From Scyliorhinus canicula (Eukaryota), in the NCBI RefSeq assembly GCF_902713615.1, contig NC_052162.1, positions 113,920,226 to 113,984,225 on the forward strand: 64,000 nucleotides of DNA, written 5' to 3'. Below the pieces are notes generated by a model. It worked only from the letters and a program-made list of their open reading frames with translations. It had not been told where the DNA came from and did not search any database. Each line of letters opens with the position of its first letter. Within the stretch, counting starts at the first letter, position 1. The position numbers and the translations under genes are program-made. Positions 38,454 through 51,550 of this stretch are shown here, piece after piece.

Positions 38454-38701
38454 GGGTGAAAACATTATTTACAATCCAGGATAAAATAAACGTCCTTCAT
38501 CAGCTTTTGTGGATCATTTCGGCGGAAATGTGCTCTCCCAGGCTCAAAGAGCATCAGCCCACTGGAAGCAAAGTTGTGAGATCGGCCAGTCCAGCAGAAA
38601 GAAACCCTCCGACCTCCCACTTCACCAAGTGTCAGAATGAACAAGGTTCAGTCCTGGATGTGATTAACAGCAGCAAAAACAGCAGAATCTAACCACTGTC
38701 A

Positions 38702-39544
38702 TCACTTGTGAACTCGCTGGTGTCTCAACAGGTGGGATGATTGAATGAAGCCCTTATCACACACGGAACATATGAAAGGTCTCTCCCCAGTGTGAACACG
38801 CTGGTGTTTCTGCAGATGGGATGACTGACTGAATCCCTTCCCACACGCGGAGCAAGTGAACGGCTTCTCCCCAGTGTGAATCCGCTTGTGCTTCCGCAGG
38901 CTTGAAGAATGACTGAATCCCATCCCACATTCCGTGCAGGTGAACGGTCTCTCCCCGGTGTGAACTCGCTGGTGTGCCCGCAGGTTGGATGACTTCCGAA
39001 ACCGCTTTGTGCAGTGAGAGCAGCTGTATGGTCGCTCCTCAGTGTGAATGCGCTGGTGAATCATCAGATCTGCAGCACATTTGAAGCCAGTCCCGCAGTC
39101 AGAGCATTTAAAGGGTCTCTCATTGGTGTGAGTGACATTGTGTCTCTGCAGGCTGGAAAACTGAGTGAATCCCTTCCCACACACAGAGCAGGTGAACAAC
39201 CTCTCCCCAGTGTGAACTGGCTGGTGTCTCTGCAGACTTGATGAATAATTGAATCCCTTCCCACACACAGAGCAGATGAATGGCCTCTCCTCAGTGTGAA
39301 TGCGCTGGTGGGACACCAGTTCCACAGCACTTTTGAAGCCACTCTCGCAGTGAGGGCATTTAAAAGGTCTCTCATTGGTGTGAGTGACATTGTGTCTCAG
39401 CAGGCTGAATGACTGAGTGAATCCCTTCCCACACACAGAGCAGGTGAATGGTTTCTCTCCAGTGTGAATGCGCTGATGAATATCCAGTGCAGATGGAGAT
39501 TTGAATGCTTTTCCACAGTCCCCACATAGCCACCGTTTCTCCAT
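38702..39544 (-). CDS. C2H2 ZNF protein E, 10 tandem fingers, 280 aa
   Basis: ATG at 39544 (MEKRWLCGDC) to VHK*; 843 nt = 10x84+3. Confidence 0.9.
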   Translation of the reverse strand: MEKRWLCGDCGKAFKSPSALDIHQRIHTGEKPFTCSVCGKGFTQSFSLLRHNVTHTNERPFKCPHCESGFKSAVELVSHQRIHTEERPFICSVCGKGFNYSSSLQRHQPVHTGERLFTCSVCGKGFTQFSSLQRHNVTHTNERPFKCSDCGTGFKCAADLMIHQRIHTEERPYSCSHCTKRFRKSSNLRAHQRVHTGERPFTCTECGMGFSHSSSLRKHKRIHTGEKPFTCSACGKGFSQSSHLQKHQRVHTGERPFICSVCDKGFIQSSHLLRHQRVHK

Positions 39545-40614
39545 GCTACTGGTGTCCTTGTGACTCTCCAGGTTCAATGATCAGTTGAAGCCTCATCCAC
39601 ACACAGAACACGTGTACGGTCTCTCCCCGCTGTGAATGGTGTGATGTTTTTTCAGGCTGTGTAACTGGTTAAAGCTCTTTCCACAGTCAGTGCTCTGGAA
39701 CACTCTCACTCGGGTGTCTGTGTCTCGGTGCTTTTCCAGTCACACTGATGTTTAAAATCTTTTGAAATAAACAAAACATATAAATATTTATCCGAGATTC
39801 AAAGGGTGATGATATTCTGATGCTGATGAATCGATTGACTATCAGATCTTGACATGACGTTTGGTTTGAGATTTGTGTCTGGAAATCTTCACCTAATAAC
39901 CTGTAAAAAGAATTTACAAAAATTATCATAGTCAGTGTAGTATAGAAATTCAGAACAGCTGAATCCCCAAAAGCTGTAAATCTCCATCCCACACACTCTC
40001 CCTCCATTCTCACTCTGCTGTATCTAATATTCACCCTCCCAATTCTCCTGAAGGTGCTGATTCAGGCTGATTGACAGATCCCTGCTCACTGCTTCCTGTC
40101 CTGGTCACAGAGACCTGAAAAAGTTCATGCAAGTTGTCAGACAGACATTTGTCTGTGTTACTGAACTAAAAATGTGTTTAATGGATAGCATTGTTTCAGT
40201 TGGTTCAGATACAGGGGGCTTGTCATTGATCTGGCTATGAGGGCAGTCAGGCAATGATGATCAATCCTTTCCAAATGAAATTGGATGGACGCTGCAGGGT
40301 TCTGAATGAACCAACCCGAGACTGACAAAATTACTCGACAGAGAGCCAGCAGTTATTCAATGTACTTCTTCTGTACAGTGATTGGGGTTACACCAACCCT
40401 TCAAAAAGACCATCCTACCTAGGCCAGTCGCACACCCTATCACCGTAACCCCACCTTATCTTTGGACACTTTAGTATGGCCTATCTACCTCACCTCCACA
40501 TCTTATATTACAAGATTGTAATAAAGTGTGCTTTATTACAGAACCATAAATAATATTTCTAATCTGTACCATATAACACTGTAAATATCTCTGTCCTCAA
40601 AGAATCAGAGTTTT

Positions 40615-40790
40615 GGGCAGCACGGTGGCGCGGTGGTTAGCATTGCTGCCTCACAGCGCTGAGGTCCCAGGTTCAATCCCGGCTCTGGGTCACTGTCCGT
40701 GTGGAGTTCGCACATTCTCTCCGTGTTTGCGTGGGTTTCACCCCCACAACCCAAAGATGTGCAGGTTAGGTGGATTGGCCACGCTAAAAA
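40615..40790 (+). mobile_element. HE1-like SINE
   Basis: gggcagcacggtggcgcggtggttagc head. Confidence 0.85.
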
Positions 40791-40859
40791 AAGAAATAAA
40801 AAATCAGAGTTTTACAGCAGAGCAAGAGGCCCTTCAGGGAAAAGTTTCTTCCTATTTAC

Positions 40860-42680
40860 TCTAGCTACACTTCATAAATTTGTAGACCTCAAACATATAT
40901 CCCCTCTTCTCTAAGGAAAACAACTTCAAACTAGCCTCTCTTTATAGTTGAAACACCCAGCCAATATGGTGGTTAATCTCCTCTGCTCCCTCTCTCGTGC
41001 AATCACATCCTTCCCCTAGTGTGGTGACCTGAACTGCACTCAGTACTCCAGCTGTGGCCTAACCAAGTGTTTTATGCAGTACCATCATAACCTCCCGCTC
41101 TTATATTCTATTCCTCAGTTGGAAGAAAATATTCTATAACCCTTGTTAACCACCTATCTACCTGTCCTGCTGTCTTCAGGGATGTATGGGCATGCACACC
41201 GAGGCCCCACTGGTTCTCTGTACTCCCTAGGGTCCTACCATTCATTGCATATTCCCTTGCCTTGTTCGTCCTCCAAAAATGCATTACCTCCCACTTTTTA
41301 AGAGTTAAATTCCATTTCCCACTATTGTGCCCATCTCACCAGCCCATCTATATCATTCTGTAACCTCTTCACTATTTACCACACCACCAATTATTGTGTC
41401 ATCACAAACTTACTTATCATACCTCCTACATTCACGTCCAGATCATTCATGCACACTACAAACAGCAAGGGACCAAGCACCAATTCCATCGGAACACCAA
41501 TGGACACAGGCTTCCGTCACAAAGACAACCTTTGACCATCACCTGCCAAAAAATTGCTATTTTTTGATCCAATTTGCCAAATTACCCTGGATCCCAATAC
41601 TTTTTGACTTTCTTGACTAATCTCCCATGCGAGACCTTGTCAAACGCCTTACTGAAGTCCATGTAGAATATATTCACTAAACGACCTTCATCTACACAAC
41701 CAGTCACCCCCTCAAAAAATTGAAATCAAATATGTAAGACATGATCACCCCTTGACAAAAGCAAATTACTGCTGATGCTGGAATCCGAAACAAAAGAGAA
41801 AATGCTGGAAAATCTCAGCAGGTCTGGCAGCATCTGTAGGGAGAGAAAAGAGCTAACGTTTCCAGTCCGATGACTCTTTGTCACAGCTGAGATGCATCCC
41901 AGGCTGTAGAGATAATTCCCTAAAGATGCTGCCAGACCTGCTGAGATTTTCCAGCATTTTCTCTTTTGTTTCAGATTCCAGCATCCGCAGTTATTTGCTT
42001 TTATCCAGTGTTTACTCACTGCTACCCCTCTTCCAGGAATGCTAGCTTTGACAGTCATCGGACTCAAAACGTTAGCTCCTTCCTCTCCCTACAGATGCGG
42101 CCAGACCTGCTGAGATTTTCCGGCACTTTCTCTTTCGTCCCCTTGACAAAGCTATTCTGACAATCCTTGATTAGTCCCTGCCTCCCCAAATGGATTAATT
42201 CTGTCCCTTAGAATTGTTACAAATAGTTTCCACACTACTGAGGTTAGTCTCACTGGCTTGGGTGGCATGGTGGCACAGTGGTTAGCATTACTGCCTCACA
42301 GCACCGAGGACCTGGGTTCAATCCCAGTCCCAGGTCACTGTTCATGTGGAGGTTGCATAATCTCCCCCCGTCTGCATCAGTTTCACCCCCTGAAACCAAA
42401 GATGTGCATGGTAGGTGGATTGGCCAAGCTAAATTGCCCCTTAATTACAAAAAAATAATTGGGTAATCAAAATTTTAAAACAAGAAAAAAGACTCACCGG
42501 CCTATAATTCTATGTTTTTTCCCCTCTCCTTCCCTTTGTGAATAATGGTACCACATTATCTGGAGCCCAGTCCTCTGGCACTGCTCCTGTGACAAAGATA
42601 TTGGAAAATTATTGTCAGAGCCTCTGCAATCCCCTCCCTTGCCTCTCACAGCAGCCTGGGATACATCTCATCTGGGGATT
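40860..42680 (-). mobile_element. Degraded CR1 LINE with a palindromic Penelope-tail insert (41760-42138) and a SINE (about 42260-42480)
   Basis: Reverse-complement CR1 motifs (gaccttgtcaaacgccttactgaagtccat); insert TSD ccccttgacaaa. Confidence 0.75.
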
Positions 42681-42699
42681 TAAACAAATCAAAAATTGC

Positions 42700-43462
42700 A
42701 GCCCAGAATGAGAAAAGACATGGGAAGAGGAGAAAAGAAAGTGTTTTACTCACAGATATTGGAGTCAGGAGGATGTTTTCAGTCTGTGTGAGGCTTTGCC
42801 GGGCAAGACCAAGCTCTGGGCAACCAAGGCCACAAAGCCAAGACTCTGATTGCTGGAGGACCAGCTCCCTTCCGGTCCTCCACGAGTTCCCATTGGTCAA
42901 TCTCCCTCATGGAGACAATGAGGAGCCGGGCTTCGGCTCACGTGGGGGTGGGCGGGGAATTGACCTCCCGACGCTGAGCTGTTGTCCAATCCGGAGTGTT
43001 TTGTTTCTGTGACCGGGGTATTGCCCAAATGGGAAACTGTGTGCTGGAAACGTCACTCGGAGTCGTTGTGACGTCATAACGGAGCCTTGCCTGAATCAAC
43101 TAATAGCACTCTGCCCCGCGGTAACGTCACCGGGTTCCAGTGTGCAGGCCCGGACACGAGAGTCCCGCCCCACCCATTGTTCCCCTCCCCCTACACATCC
43201 TCGACGCAAGGTTTCCCAACAACCGGCTGACTGCTCTGGCCAGAGCGAGAAGCCACTTGGTGACCTTCTCTCCTCCCCTAGACCGGGACTGCGCATGTGC
43301 AGAGGTGGCGCCCTGATCAACACCGCCTGCTGAGGCGTTAACCAATAGGATGAGTTGGTGGATCGGAAGGACTCGGCTCCTCCAGCCAATTAGAGCGCGG
43401 GCTTTGTATGAATGAAGATTGAGCTTTACACAGATTGCAACTTCCTCCTGTCTACAACATCT
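42700..43462. promoter_or_regulatory. ZNF promoter module C
   Basis: Minus donor arm at about 42750, TGACGTCA 43069-43076, TGCGCATGTGCA, CCAAT boxes; right arm stops at caacatct. Confidence 0.7.
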
Positions 43463-44687
43463 GATTGATTTATTATTGTCACATGTATCAGTCTACCGTG
43501 AAAAGTATTGTTTCTTGCATGCTGTACAAACAATGCACACCCTATATAGGGAAAGAAGGGGGGAAATGCAGAATATAATGTTACATTTATTGCAAGGTGT
43601 AGAGAAAAGATCAACTTAATACGAGGTAGTGTCCATTCAAAAGTCTGATGGCAGTAGAGAAGAAGCTGTTCTTGAGTTGGTTGGTACGTGACCGCAAACT
43701 TTGGTATCTTTCTCCTGAAGGAAGAAGGTGAAAGAGAGTATGTCCCGGGTGCGTGGGGTCCTTTATCATGCTGGCTGCCTTTCCGAGGCAGCTGGAATTG
43801 TAGACAGAGTCAATGGATGGGAGGCTGGTTTGCATAATGGATTGGGCAACATTCACAACCTTTTGTAGTTTCCTGCAGTCTTGGGCAGAGTAGGATCCAT
43901 GCCAAGCTGTGATATAACCAGAAAGAATGCTTTCTATGGTGCATCTGTAGAAGTTGGCGAGCGTCATAGCTGATGTGCCAAATTTGCTTAGTCTTCTGAG
44001 AAAGTAGTCATTCGTCGTGTCTAACTATAGTGTCAGCATGGGGGACCAGGACAGGCTGTTGGTGATCTGCACACCTAAAACTTGAAGCTCACAACCCTTT
44101 CTACTTCGTTCCCATTGATGGAGACAGGGGCATGTACTGCACTATGCTTCCTGAAGTCAATGACAATCTCCTTCATTTTGTTGACATTGAGGGAGAGATT
44201 ATTGTCATCGCCAGATACTCTATCTCATTCCTGTACTCTGGCTCGTCACTGTCTGAAATCCGACCCACTATGGTGGTGTCATCAGCAAATTTGAAAATCG
44301 AGTTGGAGGGAATTTGGCCACACCGTCATAAGTGTATAAGGAGTATAGTAGGGGGCTGAGGACACAGCTTTGTGGGGCACCAGTGTTGAGGATGATTGTG
44401 GAGGAGGTGTTGTTGTCTATCTTTACTGATTGTGGCCTGTGGGTTAGAAAGTTCAGGATACAGTCATAGAGGGAGGAGCCGGGCCAAGGCCACAGAATTT
44501 GGAGATGAGTTTCATAGGAATAATGGTGTTGAAGGCTGAGCTGTAGTCGATAAATAGGAGTCTGACATAGGTGTCTTTGTTATCTAGGTGTTCCAGGGTA
44601 GAGTGCAGGGCCATGGAGATGGCGTCCGCTGTGGACCTGTTGTAGCGGTAGGTGAACTGTAGTGGATCAAGGCAATCTGGGAGGCTG
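43463..44687 (-). mobile_element. Rex1/Babar-type LINE 3' part
   Basis: FYRCTIESILSGYITAW...DPTHPGHTLFHLLPSGERY...SFFSTAIRLLN C-terminal domain. Confidence 0.8.
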
Positions 44688-44872
44688 GGGCTGGTTTAGC
44701 ACAGGGCTAAACAGGTAGCTTTTAAAGCAGACCAAGGCAGGCCAGCAGCGCGGTTCAATTCCCGTACTAGCCTCCCCGGATAGGGGCTGGAATGTGGCGA
44801 CTAGTGGCTTATCACAGTAACTTCATTTGAAGCCTACTTGTGACAATAAGTGATTTTCATTTCATTTCATTT
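44688..44872 (+). mobile_element. tRNA-derived SINE with (TTTCA)n tail
   Basis: gggctggtttagcacagggct head, GGTTCAATTCC B box. Confidence 0.7.
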
Positions 44873-44959
44873 AATTGACTCTATACTTTAGAGAGTATAG
44901 GTCTAAACTTCTCAATCTCACTTCATAAGACAAACCCCTCATCTCTGGCGTCAATCTAG

Positions 44960-45370
44960 TGAATGGATGTGGTGGCATTGGAGGAAGTTCAGAGGTGGTT
45001 CACCAGAGTGATTCTGGGGATGAAAGGGATTAACGTATGAGGAGACATTAAACAGTTTGGGCTTATACTCGCTGGAGGTTAGAAGGATGAGAGGGATCTG
45101 ATCCAGGTGTATAAAATACTAAAAGGGATTGACAAAGTAAACATAGACCAATGTTCCTCCTTGTTGGGCAATCTAGAACAAGAGGTCACAGATATAGGTT
45201 GAGAATCGGTAGATTTGCAACTGAGATGAGGAGGAACTACTTCCCACAGAGGATGGAGAATTTGTGGAACTCGCTGCCCCATAGTGCGGTGGAATCTGAA
45301 TCATTAAATGGTTTCAAGAAGCAGATAGATATATTTCTGATTTTAAAAACAGGTTAAAGGGATATGGGGA
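44960..45370 (+). mobile_element. CR1 3' fragment
   Basis: RTRGHRYRL...EMRRNYFPQR..NLWNSLP motif. Confidence 0.8.
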
Positions 45371-45914
45371 ACATATCCCCACTCATTCAGTTCCTATCTG
45401 ATCTACACCTCGACTCCATGCTCCTGTCTTTGCTGTTCTTTGCACAGGGTTGGGTTGATGAGGGAAAGGAAGCTGGTGAGGTGAGACTGGGGGAGGGGAA
45501 CCATAGCCAAATAACCGTGCAGGAGGCAGGTCCTCCCCTGAAACTTACCCACCCAAAGAAGGAGGAGAGCATCCTGAAATGGAACAATAATTCTGTCAGT
45601 TGTTAGCTAACTAGGTAATATGTTGTGATGAGATTTTAGAAATCGACCCTGGGCAGACTAGTTCACTAAAGCTCCCACGTTGAATCTATCCAACAGCCAC
45701 AGCGACCTCCAATGTTGGAAAATGGGTGTAACCCTGTTTGGATGCTACCATCAAAGGATGCTTAATAAGTTGATGCAGAGCTTCTTTACAATAATTATCT
45801 TTATTAATGTCACAAGAAGGCTTACATTAACACTGCAATTAAGTTACTGCCAAAATCCCCTCGTCGCCACACTCTGGCACCTGTTTGGTACATTGAGAGA
45901 AAATTCAGAACCAG

Positions 45915-46448
45915 AGATTATCATAGAATTTACAGTGCAGAAGGAGGCCATTCGGCCCATCGAGTCTGCACCAGCACTTGGAAAGAGCACCCAACCAAAG
46001 GTCAACACTTCCACTCTATCCCCATAACCCAGTAACCCCACCCAACTAAGGGCAATTTATCGTGGCCAATCAACCTAACCTGCACATCTTTGGACTGTGG
46101 GAGGAAACCGGAGCACTTGGGGGAAACCCACGCACACACGGGGAGGATGTGCAGACTCCGCACAGACAGTGACCCAAACCGGAATTGAACCTGGGACCCT
46201 GGAGCTGTCAAGCAATTGTGCTATCCACAATGCTACGGTGCTGCCCTATTCACCTAACAGCATATGTCCAATTCACCTACAGCACATCTTTCAAGACCTG
46301 TGGGAGGAAACCAGCGAACCCGGAGGAAACCTACACTGACATGAGGAGAACATGCAGATGCCTCACAGACAGTGACCCAAGCCAGGAATCAAACCCACGT
46401 CCCTGGCACTGTGAAGCAATGGTGATAACCACTGTTCTACCGTGCCGC
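45915..46448 (-). mobile_element. Two adjacent HE1-like SINEs
   Basis: Reverse-complement SINE bodies. Confidence 0.8.
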
Positions 46449-47779
46449 TTGTAGATGGTAAATGGGGTGCTGATCCAGTGTCTGCGTTGTCTTGTATAAA
46501 ACAAACTCTCTGATTTGAGTAAGACTGATAATTAAGCACTTTTAAGAAATTATTCATACCTATTAAATTTAACTGACCCAGCCCATTTGAAAAAAGATCT
46601 GCTCTTCAAAGATATATTGGTACAAATTACAGGAGATCTTTGTAGTTGAATTGAATACCTTGACTCCTCACACGGACACCTGGCTGACAAGAGGCATTAA
46701 TTGGACAATAGCTGGAAAAAATGAGCTGAAATGTTTTTCTGGGAGTGAAACTGTTTCTCTTTAACGCGTAATCGACTATGTGAGAGTTAAAGGCAATACC
46801 AGGCTAAATTACATTGAATATACAACACAGAAACAGCCCAACCAATTCAAGCCAGTGTTTAGACTTCACTTGAGCCTCCTCTCATGTGACTCTATCGGGG
46901 AATAAATATATTGATGATATTCACCTCCACCAATCCCTGTGGTAGTGAGTTCCACAATCCCACCACTCACTGCGGAAGAAGATTCTCCTGAATTTCTGAT
47001 TAGATTGTCTCACATTGATAGCCTCTCATTTTGCCCTTACCCTTCCAAGTGAAAACATTCTCCACGTGTGTCAAAATCTTTCATAATTTACAGCCCTCCA
47101 TTAGCCCCTCAGCCTTGTATTTTGATGGGAGCAGTGACCCGGCCTATTCATTATCTCCTGATAGGTTTAACCTCTCACACTAAAAATCTGAAGACAAAAA
47201 TGCTTTGTTCACACTTGATCTCAGCGCAGTGAGAGCAGGGATGGAGTCACAAGGGAGCCTGAGAACAGCAAATTCACTGAGAATGGATGGGCTGGGCTGA
47301 TCTGTGTGAATAAGATGGTTAAACAGACTGTTCATGATCGGAGACTTGGTGTTCAGGATAGTGGAGGAGCTCAAGTGTCAGTCTTCAATAACACAGTAAT
47401 TTGCATTGATACAGCACATTTAATGTAATTAAGTTTCCCAAGGTGTTTCACAGGGACATTGTAAAACCAAGTTTCACAAATGATTTGATAAAATTGTCCA
47501 AGCTCGTGATCATGTGACAGAAAATGCCACGTCTCTCTGACTCCACACACTCCTTCCCTATTAATTGTAATACTAATTCATCTCAATATCCTCCTCCTGC
47601 TTTTGCCCAATTCTCCTCCCCTGAAGATGCTGACTCGCGGGTTCAGTTTCACTCTCACCTATTGCCCTCCCCAATTGTCTAAATCTTCACACATGAAGTT
47701 AACAAGAAATTGTGCTAAGGGGCGTCACAATAAAATCTAGTGACTACCCACATGTACATTATGCCCGGAATTGAGGCAT

Positions 47780-48540
47780 TGCCCTCCACCCCCACTTTTC
47801 ATCCCAGTCCAAGGGGTTTGGAGATGGTTAATGGCAGCTGAATCTCCCATAGTCCCCCTCGCCGGAGAAACCGCTCCATCCACCGCGGGGTGGCGGCCAG
47901 GGACTGCGCATGTTCAAAGGAGAGGAGTAGATGCGGGTGCGCAGAAACGGTTCTTCCCAAAGAGGTCAAACGGGCATCCATGACCACGTGACATCCGTTG
48001 CCCATTGTATTCGGCGCCCAGCAGCCAATGGAAAGATTGGAGGACCGGAAGGACTCTGGTCCTCCCGGTTTGTGTGAATGAAATTTGAGGTTCGGACAGA
48101 GTGTGCCGAACATCTGTGAGTAAAACACTTTCTTTTTTCCCCCTTTCCATTTCTTTTCTCATTCTCACCTTCTATTGGTCACTTGCAGCAACTGAAGGGA
48201 AAGGAAGTGAATCCAGGGAGGGTGCAGACTCTGGAAAGCTTGGCCCAGGTCTCTCTCTCTCTCTCTCTCTCTGAAAGACATTGACATCCTTTGCTCCCTC
48301 AGCTTGACACATTTATTTGTCTGGCTAAAAGGATGGTCTCTCTCCTAATGTTCACAATTAAAGGGCAGGTTTACCCATGAGATGGCTGACATTTAAAGGG
48401 ACTGTAAATCAATGTAGGATAGAGATATGTCTGGTGTTTTTGTATGGTGCAGACTAGATATAGTATTAATGGTTCTGTAATAAAGCACATTTATTATTTC
48501 TAGTTGTGTAATATAGGACTGTAGCTACGTTATATATTTC
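47780..48540 (+). promoter_or_regulatory. ZNF promoter module D with plus-strand exon-1 donor arm
   Basis: CCAAT, ggaggacc...ggtcctcc palindrome, catct|GTGAGT at 48116; arm matches 14810-15660. Confidence 0.7.
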
Positions 48541-48544
48541 TAGA

Positions 48545-50300
48545 AGAGAAAATGCTGGAAAATCTCAGGTCGAGCAGCATCTGTAAGGAGAGAAAGGAGG
48601 TGACATTTCGAGTCCAGATGACCCTTTGTCAAAGATAAAGGGCATAGAAAGTGGGAGATATTTATACTGTAGGGTGAGGGAATGAAAGCTGAGTCATAGC
48701 CACAGAAACAAAGGAAAAATAGTGCAAATAGAAGACCCAGAGAGAATAAAAGGTGTGAAAGGTCAAACAGCAGAGAAACTAAAATCAGAGGGTATGGTAT
48801 GACAGATGCAGATGTGGGAGAAGGGGGTCATGTGTGCGAAATAGGTAAAATGAGGGGAAGGGGAAGCAAAGGGGAGAAAAGGCAAGAAAGTGGGGATAAG
48901 ATTGGGGAGGAAAATATATATTAAGAAAGAAAGAAAAATTAAAAGACAGGTAAAATGAAATGTAATGAAAACATAGTAGAGCTAATCATCTGAAGTTGCT
49001 GAATTCGATGTTGAGACCGGAAGGCTGTAGCATCCCTAACTGGAAAATGAGATGCTGTTTCTCCAGGATGCGTTGAGCTTCTCTGGAACATTGCAGCAGG
49101 CCAAGGACAGAAATGTGGGCATGGGAGCAGGGTCTTGTGTTAAAATGGCAAGCTACGGGAAGGTCAGGGTTCTGAATGCGCACAGACCAAAGGTGCTCAG
49201 CAAAGCGATCACACAGTCTACGTTTGGTCTCTTCAGAGGAGACCACATTGGGAACTGCAAAAACAATAGACCAAATTGAAAGGGGTGCAAGTGAAACACT
49301 GCTTAACCTGGAATGAGTGTTTTATGCCTGGGATGTTAAGCATGGAAGAGGTAAAGGAGCAGATGTTACACCTTCTGCAATTGCATGGGAACGTGCCATG
49401 GGTGATGGGAGAGGTGTGGGTATGGTGGAGGAGTGGACTAGATTATCCTAAAGGGAACGGTCTCTGCGGAATGCTGACAGCGGGCGTGAAGGAAAGATGT
49501 GTTTAGTGGTAGCATCATGCTGGAGTTGGCGAAAATGCCAGAGGATTATGCTTTACATACGGAGGCTGGTGGGGTGAAATGTGCCAATGAGGGGCACTCT
49601 ATCCTTGTTCTGGGAGAGAGGGCAGGGGGTGAGGGAAGTGGCACGGGAGATGGGCCGCACACTGTTGAGGTCCCTGTCAACAACTGTAGGTGGGAAATCA
49701 CGGTTGGGGAAGAAGGAACACCTTTTTGAAGCACCACTTTGGAAAGCGGCATCATCGGAACAAATGCGACGGAGGAGAAGGAGCTGAGAGAAAGGGATGG
49801 AGTCCTTACAGGGTATAGGGTGCAAAGAGCTGTAGTCCAGATAGCTGTGGGAGTCAGTGGGCTTGTAATGGATGTTAGTAGATAGTCTATTGCCGGAAAT
49901 GGAGACAGAAAGGTCAAGGAAGGGACGGGAAGTGTCTGAGATGGACCAAAGTGATAGAGGGGTGGAAACTGGAAGCAAAGTTTATGAATTTTTCCAGTTC
50001 CGGACAAGAGCATGAAGTGGCACCAAAATAGTCATCAATGTAACAATAATAGAGTTGTGGGAGGGGACCTGGGTCAGCCTGGAACAATGAATGTCCACAT
50101 ACCCCATAAAAAGGCAAGTGTAGCGAGGACCCATTGCTATCATTTTGATTTGGAGAAAGTGGGATGAATTGAAGAAGAAATTGTTGAGTGATAGAACGAG
50201 TTTAGCCAGGCGGAGAAGAGTGGTGGTGGATGGAAATTATTTTCGAGAAAGAAGTGAAGAGCTCTCTACACCCCCATCCCACACCAGGATGGCCTGAGAG
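48545..50300 (-). mobile_element. Penelope-like element (RT, GIY-YIG, tail), degraded
   Basis: YIDDYF, FLDLSV..HYKPTDSHSYLDYSS.HP..CKDSIPFSQ, ETKRRLCDRFAEHL motifs. Confidence 0.85.
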
Positions 50301-50324
50301 CTCTTTTGGAATCACCCTAAAGTC

Positions 50325-51550
50325 AGCCTTTTTCTTTTTAATAACTTTTATTCAAATTTTCATATTTTCCCAAAAAAGAAAACAATAACAGAAAATTCTA
50401 AGAACAAAAAGAACAGACCCCCCCCTCCCTCAATATATACAAAAGAGAAACAATAAATTAACGCCCGTCGTTGGCAAAAAACAGATATTCAACCCAAAAC
50501 AAAAACAAAGAGACAACCCCCCCTCCCTCCGGGTTGCTGCTGCTGCTGACCTTTTGTTTTTACCGTTCTGCCAGGAGATCTAGGAATGGTTGCCATCTCC
50601 TGAAAAAACCCTGCACTGACCCCCTTAGGGCAAATTTCACCCTCTCCAATTTAATAAGCCCCGCCATATCGTTGACCCAGGCCTCCACGCTTGGGGACCT
50701 CGCATCCTTCCACTGAAGAAGAATCCTCCGGCGGGCTACTAGGACGCAAAGGCCAGAATGCCGGCCTCTTTCGCCTCCTGCACTACCAGCTCCACTGCAA
50801 CCCCAAATATTGCAAGTCCCCAGCCTGGATTAACCCTGGATCCTACCACCCTCGATACTGTCCTTGCTATACCCTTCCAAAATTCCCCCAGCGCTGGACA
50901 TGCCCAGAACATGTGGACATGGTTTGCTGGGCTCCCTGAGCACCTAATACACCTGTCCTCGGTCCCAAAAAACCGGCTCATCCTTGTGACGGTCATATGA
51001 GCCCTATGCAGTACCTTAAACTGTATGAGGCTAAGCCTCGCACACGAAGAGTAGGAGTTCACCCTTTCTAGGGCATCCGCCCACGTCCCCTCCTCAATCT
51101 CCTCACCCAGCTCCTCCTCCCATTTATCTTTCAGCTCCTCCACTGAGGCCTCGTCTACCTCCTGCATCACCTGGTACACTTCCGAGATCCTCCCCTCTCC
51201 AACCCATATCCCCAAGAGCACCCTGTCCTGAACCCCACGCGGCGGCAGCAGGGGGAACCCCGCCACCTGCTGCCTGACAAACGCCCTTACCTGCATGTAC
51301 CTAAAGGTGTTCCCTGGGGGAAGCCCAAACTTACCCTCCAGCTCACCCAGGCTCGCAAACTTCCCGTCTATGAACAGGTCCCCCAGCCTCCTGACACCTG
51401 CCTTGTGCCAACCCAGGAACCTGCCATCAATTCTCCCCGGAACAAACCGGTGGTTCCCCCGTATCGGGGACCCCATCGAGGCCCCCACCTCCCCCCTGTG
51501 CTGCCTTCATTGCCCCCAAATCTTGAGGGTAGCTGCCACCACCGGGCTGT
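50325..51550 (-). mobile_element. 5'-truncated L1/Tx1 ORF2 C-terminus and 3' UTR
   Basis: 249-aa ORF with LIQFKVLHR and CIRC...HMFWAC knuckle; T-rich tail. Confidence 0.85.
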
